NCBI GenBank assembly: GCA_963693365.1
Contig: CAVNZM010000007.1
Span: forward strand, 7,189,962 to 7,253,961
Reading direction: 5' to 3'
DNA length: 64,000 bases
Origin: Amoebidium appalachense
Taxonomy: Eukaryota > Protista > Ichthyosporea
In this document: in pieces, positions 1 to 25,633 of the stretch
How the letters are laid out: every line of letters begins with the position of its first letter
Position numbering within the stretch: the stretch's first letter is position 1
Program-made: the position numbers and the translations under genes
The notes under the pieces: model-generated
The model's input: the letters and a program-made list of their open reading frames with translations, nothing else
What the model was told of the DNA's origin: nothing
Database searches by the model: none

Positions 1-216
1 TACGGGCATCCTGAATCAACAACCCCGTGTTCCTCACGTCCTCTGATCTGAACCAAACACAGAACTGAAAGTGACGTGTAGACAGGCATGTGTAAGGCAG
101 CATGAGGCAACATGTGCAGACAAAAACAGACCACAGGCAAACGCACACAAACACTTGCACCACAATCAGTACGTGCAAGTAAGTAAACGCTTTGAACTTC
201 AGCACACAAGTCTCAC

Positions 217-330
217 CTTGCGACCACCACGGGGACCACCACGGCCACGGCCACGGCCGCGCTCACCACGACCACGGCCGAAGCCCCCGCGGAAACCTCC
301 ACGCTCGCCACCGGTCTGAGTATCAGCCAT
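217..330 (-). CDS. RPS2: First coding exon of probable 40S ribosomal protein S2 (uS5); gene continues beyond the left window edge
   Basis: Translates [38 protein letters not shown] and ends at a phase-0 donor AAG|GTGAGA (216). A 5'UTR acceptor CCCTGCAG lies just before the ATG. The RGGFRGGFG plus (RG)n N-terminus is characteristic of eukaryotic uS5. Other RGG proteins (fibrillarin, GAR1) cannot be fully excluded because the globular domain is outside the window. Confidence 0.72.
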
Positions 331-1000
331 TGCTGCAGGGCAATAATGTTCAGAAAAAATGCACGGGTTAAAACCCCACACTCATCTATACGTGTATAAG
401 TGTGAAATGTAATTTGACTACGTGCTGAACTGTGGGATCGGTTGGCCCACGGGATCTATCTATGAGGTCTGAGCGAAGCCGGAACTCTATCCTCCCGAAT
501 TAAATACATTTTCATTTAATTTTTCTGCAAAGTTGGCTAAGCCACATAGCGATATGCTGAAGATTGTTATGGATGGCTGTTGGATGGGTCGCTGCGCCCA
601 GCTGTCTATCCCATACACTTCATGGAAACTCAAAAACAACCCAGCCAGCAATAACCGTTGTAGACGGCCTCTCCGTGACCCAAAACTCTTCGGAAACTCA
701 ACGAAAAATAAGAAAAATTGCACTCTGTACAAATTTCCTATGATTGCCTACGGATCTCTACCCATTAGCTCACTGTGATGGGATCCAGTAAGGATACATA
801 CGTGCGATTTTTCTCTACGAAGTGGAGAAAGAAGAACGTAGACTTGGACACACAGAGGCATATGTAGCCGGTCTGTGATGCAAAATAGACCAATCAACGT
901 AGAGTACGCTTGTGATTGGCTTGTTAGGCACCCATCCACATTCCAATCCGATAAAAGGAACGCCGGGCCGGATTGATCAGTCAGCACTGTGCACCAGGAC

Positions 1001-1031
1001 CACGGCCCTCTAGAGTTTCTAGATGGCCGTG
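1001..1031. mobile_element. Minimal hAT-like TIR remnant (31 bp) with 8-bp TSD
   Basis: ACCAGGAC(993-1000)-CACGGCCCTCTAGA-GTT-TCTAGATGGCCGTG-ACCAGGAC(1032-1039). The 14-bp inverted termini match 13/14 and abut a perfect 8-bp direct repeat. Confidence 0.6.
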
Positions 1032-2365
1032 ACCAGGACGCAGCACACAGAGAATGATTTGTGAAGCAGCTTCAACAAAGGAACAGCTGGCAATGAACTT
1101 AGTAGGGCTGCAGTAGTGAGTGAATCGTGACTGAAACTGGCGCTCTACTATGTGTGTCTGCCATATGTTGATTTTTTTTTTTTCGTCTTTATTTAGCTAC
1201 ATGTACACATTCGTTTTACTCTGTCTTTTTTACCATCGACATCGTTTGCAGTCCGGATCCGTCGCCATGGGCTACGTAGCGTACTACGGTAGATCAGTGG
1301 AAATCTGCAGGAGTGAACCGTTGAGAGCGAACAAATCCTAGTACCGGCACACCGCTTATGTATGCTGTTTTTACTCATGTGAGTATGCACGTGCAATTGC
1401 GTGTGTCACAGGACAGCATGCGTGCACGTGCTGCCAGCTACCTGCCTGGACGTGTGTCTGGGTGCCTGACTATGCGCGGGTGCCTGGTAGTGTGTGCCTC
1501 AGGCTTTTCGTCATATCGACTATTTGTTGGTGCCTATATGTCTATACGTGGTTTTGTAAAACATGAATAAGCCAACGAATTCACTGAATGTATGTGTATA
1601 CGTACACGTATAATATACGAATGATATCGATAAGCCAGTGAATTCGTTGTGCACGGGGCTGTATATGTTCAGGCCACGAAGCAAGCGTGTCAACAACAAC
1701 TGCCTGAGCCACACCGCTGAATTCTACACGTGCGGGGTCAACGCCAGTATTCTCCTATGATGTTGAATGAGCCCACCAACCCCTCAATTTCTGGTTGTGT
1801 AAAGTTTCACGCCATGCCATAGATTCTGTGACATGTACAAGGGTAATTACGGGAAACATTTCCCACGGAACGTACCAGTCGTTTCTACAATGCAGACAAC
1901 AGTGGAACCAGGAAACTGTGCGGCATACAGCACTTATGGTCAGAGATTTATTTTTCCTATGCCGAGGCAATACACATCAGACCACGGCGTCGGTGCACAA
2001 GGCCGAACGTTGCATGACACAGGCTCTGTCAAAGTGTCAAAAGAACTGCCGGGTCGCAAATCGCACGCACCGGTGGACCGGGATAATGTGTACGATTTAG
2101 CATGCTTTGGCGGTCCGGGCCAGAGATCGCCAAGACTGCGGCCGCACCAAGTCACCCTGCCACTCGGAACAGCTGCCGGGAACCGATAAAGGAGACTTGA
2201 AACGGTCACAAAAACATTAGCCGCTCAATGGTAACTTTTTCATATGGAGTGAAATATAAGGCCACAAGGAGTGAAGCATACGGCCACAGGTGGTGATTTA
2301 CAGTATAACACGCGGGTACACAATTATGGTGTCATATTAGATGGTTATCATGGTACGACTACAAA

Positions 2366-4081
2366 ATGGCTCGCCCCACAAACACAGATTCCGACCTCAG
2401 AGACATGGGTCTTCCCCAGCCCCAACTCCCCCTCCTAGCACACTCACGCCCCAAGATGAAGAAAAAAACACTTAGTGTAGCACAAAAGAAACGCATATTG
2501 CAATACAGAGAAGAAAACCCAACTGCCTCTTATAAGGCCATAGGTGAACTCTTTGGCGAAGAGTTTGGTGTCGGGTTTCTTCCCAAGTCTACCCTTCAAG
2601 GAATTCTGCACAAACAAGCAGAAAAGATATCCGTTTTGAACTCTTCCGACCCGATTAGCGGGCGGGAAATATACCGGGTGAGAGAGCGCAAAAACCCGCG
2701 GTTAGAGGAGGCTTTACTCGTGTGGTATCGCCATATGGAAGCACGGATAATGCGAAATGAACCGGATTCCTACGTGAGCGACTCCGCCATTTTGGAAAAA
2801 GCAAAGGAACTAGGAGCAAGTTTGGGTGTTTCGGAGACGTTCACGTTTTCCGCCTCCTGGCTGTGCTCTTTTAAGCAACGCCACCGCATACGTTTGCGTG
2901 AACTAAACCAACACATCTTCCCACCACTTCCGCGCCGACAAGCAACAGCGGAGCCTACTCGCGAGGACATCACAATCCTTCTGTCAAACTTTCAGCCGTG
3001 CGATGTTTTCTGTTTCGAGGAGTCCGAACTTCTTTTCAACTATGATTTTCGCCCGCAAGCTTTGCAGCCTCTCCGATTTCCAGATGAAGCCCTAAACGTG
3101 GACACGCGTCGGGTTACCCTCGGGTTCATATGCAACGCGGTCGGAACGGAAAAACAAAAGCTCGTGCTCATTGGGCACAGCAAGAGGCCCGCATCGTTCG
3201 GAAAGGAGTTCAAGGTGGATGACTATGTGGATTACTACTTCAACGGTATGGGATGGATGCGCACGGGGATTTTCCGCGAGCAAGTCCGAAAATTGAACAG
3301 GTACCTGCGGGACAGACAGCGAAGGGGGGTCCTATTGTGTGACCGGGGGAGCACGTATGACTTGGCGGGGATTCAACTCGACTCCCTCATGGTTCAATTC
3401 CTACCGGGAAACGAAACAAACGACCGTCCATTTGCACATGGCATCCTCGCGAACTTCAAAGCGAAATTTCGTTGTTTGCAGCTGAAACGACTGGTGGACG
3501 CAGCCGACGACGGGCTTTCCATGAGCGATGTTCCAACCACCATGAAAGATGCGGTGGTGTGGTCGTGGCGAGCATGGGAGAGCATCACCCCTGCAACCAT
3601 CCAGGCGGGGTGGGCTTGGTCGAAGTGGGTAGCCCCCCCAGACGGGACGGCTTTGGGCCCTGCGGATACGGGCGACTTGATTGAAATGGAGAAATGGCTG
3701 GGGTTTTTGGCGAATACAACCCCCGCCTTTCTTGGATTTCCGTCACTTCATGTGATGTCCGTGGAGGAGCTCAAGCAGATGGACGCCCAGAGGCCGAACA
3801 GTAATAGGGATGTGACAGATGACCAGATCGTGCAATTGGTGAGGGGGGTAACACCACCGGAGAATGAGCAGGAACCGAACTTGCGCAAGATTGCGCCATC
3901 GGAGGCGCGGGGCGCCTTGGAGGTTTTGAAGGTGTTTTTCGAGCAGCAGGGGGGGTCTGTGAATGCGCTTGGGAGGATTATGTCGTTGGAGGATGACATA
4001 AGGCAGGTGACGCCGCATGGGCAGGGCAACGTGCATGGTGAGGGAGGGGAGCAGGCAATGGCGTGGGAGCTACCAGAATAG
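2366..4081 (+). CDS. Tigger/pogo transposase-derived (CENP-B/TIGD/JRK-like) protein, 571 aa, intronless, probably domesticated
   Basis: N-terminal psq-like HTH (LSVAQKKRIL...SYKAIGELF...KSTLQGIL) and CENP-B/Tc5 HTH (LEEALLVW...SDSAILEKAKEL...FSASWLCSFKQRH). DDE_1-like domain (VFCFEESEL, RVTLGFICNAVGTEKQKLVLIGHSKRP, GWM, LLCD, FLPGN...PFAHGILANFK, AWESITPATIQAGW). Tigger-type tail (TDDQIVQLV...EARGALEVL). Confidence 0.9.
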   Translation: MARPTNTDSDLRDMGLPQPQLPLLAHSRPKMKKKTLSVAQKKRILQYREENPTASYKAIGELFGEEFGVGFLPKSTLQGILHKQAEKISVLNSSDPISGREIYRVRERKNPRLEEALLVWYRHMEARIMRNEPDSYVSDSAILEKAKELGASLGVSETFTFSASWLCSFKQRHRIRLRELNQHIFPPLPRRQATAEPTREDITILLSNFQPCDVFCFEESELLFNYDFRPQALQPLRFPDEALNVDTRRVTLGFICNAVGTEKQKLVLIGHSKRPASFGKEFKVDDYVDYYFNGMGWMRTGIFREQVRKLNRYLRDRQRRGVLLCDRGSTYDLAGIQLDSLMVQFLPGNETNDRPFAHGILANFKAKFRCLQLKRLVDAADDGLSMSDVPTTMKDAVVWSWRAWESITPATIQAGWAWSKWVAPPDGTALGPADTGDLIEMEKWLGFLANTTPAFLGFPSLHVMSVEELKQMDAQRPNSNRDVTDDQIVQLVRGVTPPENEQEPNLRKIAPSEARGALEVLKVFFEQQGGSVNALGRIMSLEDDIRQVTPHGQGNVHGEGGEQAMAWELPE

Positions 4082-4948
4082 GGTAGGGGGGAAGGGGGGG
4101 GGGGGGGGGGGGGGGAGAAAGGGGAGAGTATGGTGTGTAGGGGTGTATTTTTACATGTTCTCATTTGTTTTCGTAATGTTTGTACAGTTATTTTGGACTC
4201 CTTTCATTGTGTGGTTGCTTAGACTTTTTTTGGGGGGGGGGGGGGAGAAATACACGGGGGAGGAGGGGGACGTACGCAGACTGCTGGTACATAAAGTTGT
4301 GGTGAGTAAAGAACTGGTACGATTCGAGATCTGTTATTGAGATATCCCGGGATAGTGTATTTTTTTTGATGTTTCGAATTTAATTGGCCGGCTGTTCTAG
4401 GGGTGCTGAATGTGTGTGGGTAGGCGTGGGGGCTACAAGAGGGGAAGGGATGGGTGGGTGGGGGGGAGGGGGGGGGGGGGGTTCCAACGGCAAATGTCTC
4501 CGGTAATTTTGCGATTGCAACATGATTTGTGAATTGTAGTAAATCTAATGCTAACAGACGCAGAAAACATCACGATGATTGGTGTGTGGTCACGGTGTGG
4601 TGGGTAGGGATTTTGCACAAATTGATGTTTGGTTTAGATATGAACGACCCGTTTATGCTTCACTTTGTGACGGGGTTTATGGGGTGTGCGAATGAAATTT
4701 CAGGGAATGTAATGACTTTAGGATGTTGTGTATATAGAAGAACTGGTCTCTAGATCTGGGCCAGTGTTTTGCATATCATGAATGAAGCTGTTACGCCACA
4801 TTTTCCGTATGATAATGATTATATCGTATTGTTCTTGAACGAAGCACAAATTTAAAGAATATTCACCATGAATGGTTGTGAAATACTCATAATCAGAATC
4901 GATTGCCTAATCACCCGTCACCTGTTTGCACTCGCATTCGCACACGTT

Positions 4949-4987
<39 letters not shown>

Positions 4988-5308
4988 CCTTTCTCCCCTC
5001 CCAACCCACCATAAAATAACAACTAAAGGGTGTGGGGAAGAAGGGGGTTGCAGTTGTGGGGGCAGGAGTTGGAGGGAGAGTGTCCATGAACTGGGAGTGA
5101 ATTGTGCATGTGTGTGTGTGTATGTGGGGAGGGGGAGGGGGAAGGGGGAGGGGGGGAAGGGGGGTCCACTTCACTAAGCCGGGGTGGTTGGGTGGGGCGG
5201 AGGAGGAGGTTACAGTGGGCCCCGGGGATTCTCATCGAAAGATTCGGGGACTGGATTATAATTATACGTTAAAATTCCGGGGCCGGGGCCGGGTGCACGC
5301 GGCGGCGG

Positions 5309-5343
<35 letters not shown>

Positions 5344-6106
5344 ATTTATTGGCGGGCTGAAACAATTAACGGGATGCAAACAAGGGAGACTGGGTTGGGA
5401 TCTCTCCTACTGCATTTGTATATATGTTCCAACTTTTCAGCACACACAGGGCATGACACGTCAATGTGTTGGTAGGTTTCGCAGAATGTTTTATTTGGTG
5501 CATTGCAATTGGTGTTAGCTTACCGACAATACATAATATAGCATATCAGTTCGATTTGTTCTCTATATTTAAAATTTGCACTTTTACATTCTTTCAGCAA
5601 ATAAGTGCTGGCCACAGTTCCGCAAGAAATGTTACATTTCATACGTATATCCACCTTCTTACCATCAAAAACCGTTACATACAATTCATACATACGCCTT
5701 GGTACCATCAAAACATACGACCATCATAAACTGTTACAATTCATACATACACCTTAGTACCATCAAGAAATACGAAAGTCCTTCAGTGGTTCCGTGATCT
5801 ACGCAGCCTTAGGGCCTATCAACGTCAAAACAATCCAAACTGTACTTACACAAAACATCAATCCGAATCAATCTCACTTAAAAAAACACAACCATATTTG
5901 CCGATATAGTATACCAGCACTAGTCGTTACACAAACTACCATTCTCGAGGCATTCATAATTTCAAGAGGTGACCTGGACCCAGAGCTTTTTACTTCAAGT
6001 TTTATGTCACTAAATAATTTTTCAGTTATTTTAGCTCTTAATCAACATGCGCAATAGGATCAAATGGCATTTCACATCACCATCAGCCAATTTTCAAAAG
6101 CCCCCC

Positions 6107-6160
<54 letters not shown>

Positions 6161-6196
6161 AAGGGAGGGGGGAGTGGGGAAAAAAAAAAAAAGGAG

Positions 6197-6240
<44 letters not shown>

Positions 6241-6334
6241 CAAAAACAAACAAGAAAGGAAAACAAGGCAACAGGAAGTCTTGAAACGAAGGAAAGACAT
6301 ACGAAAACGCTAGCGTGCCTCTGCCTAACAATTT

Positions 6335-6375
<41 letters not shown>

Positions 6376-6466
6376 AAAACAAACAAACAAAAAAAAAACA
6401 AAAAACCAAAAAAAACACACACACACACACACACACACCTACAAACACACACACACTCCATCTATA

Positions 6467-20790
<14,324 letters not shown>

Positions 20791-21779
20791 AATGAAGAGG
20801 TAGCACCCCGCCTGGTGGTTTTCTAGTTCCCATTAACGTGTTCAAACATAGTGAAAAGCCGAAGCCTGTTTTTGGTGTGCGTGCGCCCGTGTGTGTCTCA
20901 GTCTGCATGTGTGAAGTTTGAAAATACAGCAGCTGTTTGCGCTATCCTGCAATTCGAGTTGTGGGGGCTCTTGGGTAATGTGGAGCCGACAAAGTGGGGG
21001 TTCTTTATCGACAATTTGAAGGGTGCGTAAGCAGCCAATCAGTTATTAGTGGAACATGTCGCTCCATAAATACGAAAATTGCCCAAAATTGGGCCCGGGT
21101 AACACACACACATCGCCCGTGGCGTCGTGACCACGGAGAAACGCAGAAAATGAAAAGGTGGAGATATTCAGACACCTTTCCACCTATTCTGAATTTCTTC
21201 TAGTTGCTGGTACAGTTTATAGTCATTGAAAACCCGGAGAAAACCCGGGGGAGTGATCACAGGCCTATCATCTCAGGCCTCATATATTTATGATCACAGA
21301 TATTCATGTCATACGTATGTACATACACATATGTACACATGCAAACGGGCACCATATACATATTGATACGTAAATACGTGAGGGCGCATTAGCACGTGCA
21401 CACGTGCTAAGTGGCTCACGGCACATATGATATCGATATTGCGAAATAAATACATGCAGTGATTGGCTTGTACGTCATTTGCCAGCACGTTTTGTGCAAC
21501 AAGGAGTGCAAATTTAAACGGCGAAGTTCTTCAGCACATGTACATGTGCACACACATTCTGGTGCATTGCTGTGATATTATGATGAAAGGACTACTCAGT
21601 TTGTGCCTACGCGGCAGGATAGAAGATCTTTAAAAAAAAAAAGAGCTTGAGTAGGACTAGCGATTGGGGATCGGTAGGTTATGCACTGAGACAACGTTCA
21701 AAACGGGAGCAATAGTGATCATGATGAATTTTGTACAAGCGTGCTCACACACGTGACGTCGGCGAGTGGTCCACAAAGC

Positions 21780-21980
21780 ATTTGCACGCCTCTGCCTTGC
21801 AGTTTCACGTGACCAGCTCCAGAGCTGCTGCTGCATGCTAAATTAGGTATCGATATCTTGCTGCTTCGGTGAACGATCCAGAGAGCATTCACAATTTGCA
21901 CGCCTCTGCCCTGCAGTTTCACGTGACCATGCAGTGATGGCTTCTGCTGCTACATGCCAAATTAGGCATATTGCTGCTTC
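21780..21980. repeat. Two diverged ~90-115 bp direct repeats containing CACGTG E-boxes, upstream of the secreted-protein gene
   Basis: ATTTGCACGCCTCTGCC(T/C)TGCAGTTTCACGTGACCA...TGCTGC...ATGC(T/C)AAATTAGG...TTGCTGCTTC at about 21780 and 21894. A partial third copy lies at about 22080. Confidence 0.85.
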
Positions 21981-22129
21981 TAGAATGCCACGCAGAGATG
22001 GGCAAAACGCTGGCTACAAGAAAAGTTTGTGAAGAACTAGAGATTTGATATGTGATACCTGTGACCATCAACAATGTCATTTTGCACGCCTTTTCACATG
22101 CCTAAAATGGGTTATTGCCAGCTCTGGCG

Positions 22130-22137
22130 TATATAAA
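22130..22137 (+). promoter_or_regulatory. Putative TATA box of the Thr/Ala-rich secreted-protein gene
   Basis: TATATAAA(GG), followed by a probable 5'UTR intron 22295-22455 (CAG|GTAGCC, branch point TACTAAC at 22419-22425, TCTCCAG acceptor) and ATG at 22501 in AAAATGG context. Confidence 0.55.
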
Positions 22138-22500
22138 GGGCACCAAAAAGACATAGCCTCACAACCTAGCTCGTGTTTTCTCTAACTCTCTCAGAAAAAG
22201 GCGACCAAGTAGTCGTTCAACCTGCACAAACCGTTGCAGTTTGTATCTCACCATCACCTTGAGGCATAGTCACTCGGTAACTTACACTTTACAGGTAGCC
22301 TCTTCCTCTGTCGTCATGATATTTAGATTATAAAGCAGGAGCGAAGCCGTTACGAAGATTTAGCTTGGCAGAATTGCTGTTAGCTTGCTTCTGGCTGTCG
22401 TCTAGGGGCACACAAGCATACTAACAGATATCAACACCTTTTTCGTGGTCTCCAGCAGTACTTACGTCTTTGTGTAAGGGCTTTCTAGTGATAACTAAAA

Positions 22501-23271
22501 ATGGCGTGTGTTCCTGTTTTCTATGCTGTTGTTGTCCTCATGGTTTCTGGTCAGCTGTTGGGGGCGCCAACTTCGTCGGTCAAGAGACACAGCACCTCAG
22601 TAACAGCAGCAACTAGCTCCCCAGAAACTGTGCCCGCTACCACAAATGTATACGACACACCACCGGTAACAACTCAAGCTACTCAAGCAGCCACAGCTAC
22701 GACAACCATCCAGCAACAAACGGTTGGCACGCTGCCAGCAACAAGCACCATGGCTGCAACAACTGATATAGCAACAACGGAATGGGCAACAACTCATATT
22801 GAAACCAAAGCTGGTGCCGAGATCTGGCAAGCAGCAGCGCCTGCCGCTACAACTGTCGAGGATATCAGTGGTTTGAGTTTGGCATCCTTCATTTCAAGGT
22901 CCCGTCGAGCTCTTCGCGCCAGAGCCATCGCTGACGTCGACTACGATAGTACTTCCACGATGGGCCCAGCAACTACGTCGGAGGTAGCCACAACTTTTGG
23001 TCTAGGCGTAGAAACAGTCTTGCTGACAAACGTTGCGTCCACTGAGGCTGTCACTCTCCTTGCAATGACTACAGGAGCCGAAACAGCAACTATCCCCGCC
23101 ACCGAATATGCCACTGGTGCGGTTGTGTCTGCAGAAACATCGTTTTCTGATTATGGTGCCACAACAGCCATCGCTGCATCTACTGCTGCAGCAACAGGGG
23201 TTGAAACATCCACGGCAGCAGCAACGCAAAACATGGAAACAGCCGCCTGGCCATGGTTAAACTTTAAGTGA
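22501..23271 (+). CDS. Secreted Thr/Ala-rich mucin-like protein, 256 aa, function unknown
   Basis: Single non-microsatellite ORF with a hydrophobic N-terminal signal peptide (MACVPVFYAVVVLMVSGQLLG|A) and a very Thr/Ala-rich body. Basic sites K28-R29 and R133-S-R-R136. TATA and a 5'UTR intron lie upstream. Confidence 0.75.
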   Translation: MACVPVFYAVVVLMVSGQLLGAPTSSVKRHSTSVTAATSSPETVPATTNVYDTPPVTTQATQAATATTTIQQQTVGTLPATSTMAATTDIATTEWATTHIETKAGAEIWQAAAPAATTVEDISGLSLASFISRSRRALRARAIADVDYDSTSTMGPATTSEVATTFGLGVETVLLTNVASTEAVTLLAMTTGAETATIPATEYATGAVVSAETSFSDYGATTAIAASTAAATGVETSTAAATQNMETAAWPWLNFK

Positions 23272-23823
23272 CGTCTTTCATAGTAGTTATAGTAGATGCT
23301 TCGACTACTATAGTAGATGCTTCGTTGTGCTTCTGTTTGACGAGACTGTAGTACTATGATCCCAATGATTTGCGCACTCTGTGGTAGAGCTTTACTGTTA
23401 GAAGGATTGACAAGAGAAAGTTCAGTATGAAAGTCGTAAAAACCTTGCCTCTGAACTAGTATTATTGTATATGTGGCCTCGTGTTCCGGAATGCTAGGAC
23501 TGCCCTCAAGGTTCACGGGCACTAGTACGGACACACTGTCACTTGCTCTGTACAGCGTAGCACAGTACTTCTCCCAGCTTCATGGCTTTACCACAGAGTA
23601 ACCCCCAGTATTTACTGCACGCGTACGGTTGTATGCCAAGCCGAATTCATGATGTACAGGGCAGTGCCTTATGGAATACTGATATGCCACACAATGAACA
23701 ATGATTGATCATCACTAATCCGAGTCACATGCCAGTTGCCCAGTGTTTTTAATATCCTCTCCCTCCCTCCCCCCTCCCCCTCGCCCGGGCCCCTTGAGCC
23801 ACAACCACCACCCTCTGACACAA

Positions 23824-23855
<32 letters not shown>

Positions 23856-23862
23856 ACACACT

Positions 23863-23902
<40 letters not shown>

Positions 23903-24246
23903 GTCGCACGCACTCGCACAACACACACACACACACATTTTCACACACACACACTCTCTCTCTGCTAGCTACATGCGCGCGCAGCCCCCCCGCAACCCGA
24001 GACCGACCCAGGAGTGACGTCGACTGGCCATGGCATGATGCATGGGCCACAGCTTTCAAATTAAATATCATGAAAAGAAGAAGCAACACTATGCACATCA
24101 AGGCTTTCTGAACTTCATAATGGGAGGCCTTCAAGTATGTATATGTATGTACTTTGAAAGCATGTGCATTATTAATGGCTCATTGTGTATATGATCTGAA
24201 GGCATTCTACCACAACCGCGAGCCCCCTTAGAGCCCTCCCCCCCCC

Positions 24247-24296
<50 letters not shown>

Positions 24297-24303
24297 ACGC
24301 ACG

Positions 24304-24365
<62 letters not shown>

Positions 24366-24530
24366 ATCACCGTCACACACACGCGTGCACACACGCACAC
24401 ACACACACGTGTACACTTGGCGGACGCGTGTCCACACGTGGCACACACACGTGAAAAACGTACGCACACGCACGTACACATACATACACGCACGAAATTC
24501 ACATACATGCATCCGTGATACACGCGTGCG

Positions 24531-24565
<35 letters not shown>

Positions 24566-24785
24566 GTACACATTCAAGCACGAACACAAATACACACATA
24601 CGCACACACACGCACATACCCACGCAAACCGTGCCGGGAACTGAGTGAGTGGGGGCCCGGGGGGATTGCATGCCTGGGGAGTTGCCTGGGGTGGGGTGGC
24701 CATAGAAAAACTTTGAATTCGAACGGGTAGCTATCCAGGTGTAATACCATTACTATTGTGGTCTACCTTGCCATGTGCGCGGACC

Positions 24786-24817
<32 letters not shown>

Positions 24818-25533
24818 TCACATTCCTATCTCCCTGCAGACACGCTCCTGCCACACACACACCATGAACGGTATGATGTAACATGGCCTACACGTGCACG
24901 TGTACTTATACACAAACACGCGCGCATGTACACACAAACACAAGAACACACACACATATATCTAAGGTATATATGCTGCACATGTACGCACACAGCACAC
25001 CCTCACACGCACACGCCGCGTGACAGCTCGCACACACACGCACACGCACACACGCACACACGCACACACGTATACTCACACATACCCACACGCACTCGTG
25101 AACGCACACACACACATGCGCACACACGCACACACGTGCACACACACGCACACGTACACACCGGTAACACGGGACGGGGGGACACACATCGTGCACACCG
25201 CCTCAGCCTGTACATGTCACTCAGGCTGCCCGACGCAGCTGACTGCCGCTTCTGGTATGATACTGCCGCTAACCTTGTGTAACGTGTTAGGGGTTTACGC
25301 TGTTTACTCGAGGCAAAGAGAGACCAGTCTCAGGTATGGGGGGTTTTTTGCTCGGAATATCCCCTCAGCGGTATATCATGATCAAGTACATAGATGTCGG
25401 GTGATGATTATATATCAGGGTTTACTTTCTCTACGAGGCACCATAAAGACTAAGAAAACCAATTAGTTGGGTTCCCCCCTTTTTTTTTTTTTTTTTTTTT
25501 TTTCGGGCTCCCCTGGGACACTCGGTATCAGCT

Positions 25534-25619
<86 letters not shown>

Positions 25620-25633
25620 TGTGTGTGTGTGTG

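Noticed and set aside
1-216. Intronic snoRNA in the RPS2 intron
   Set aside because: Ribosomal protein introns often host snoRNAs, but no convincing C/D or H/ACA boxes were seen and the intron is cut by the window edge. A covariance-model search is needed.
1833-2189. 118-aa ORF upstream of the CENP-B-like gene
   Set aside because: No recognisable motif, and similar-length ORFs overlap it in other frames and on the other strand.
2299-2310. TA|CAGTATAAC as left TIR of an intact Tigger element
   Set aside because: No matching right TIR found downstream of the ORF. It could equally be a 5'UTR splice acceptor (TTTACAG).
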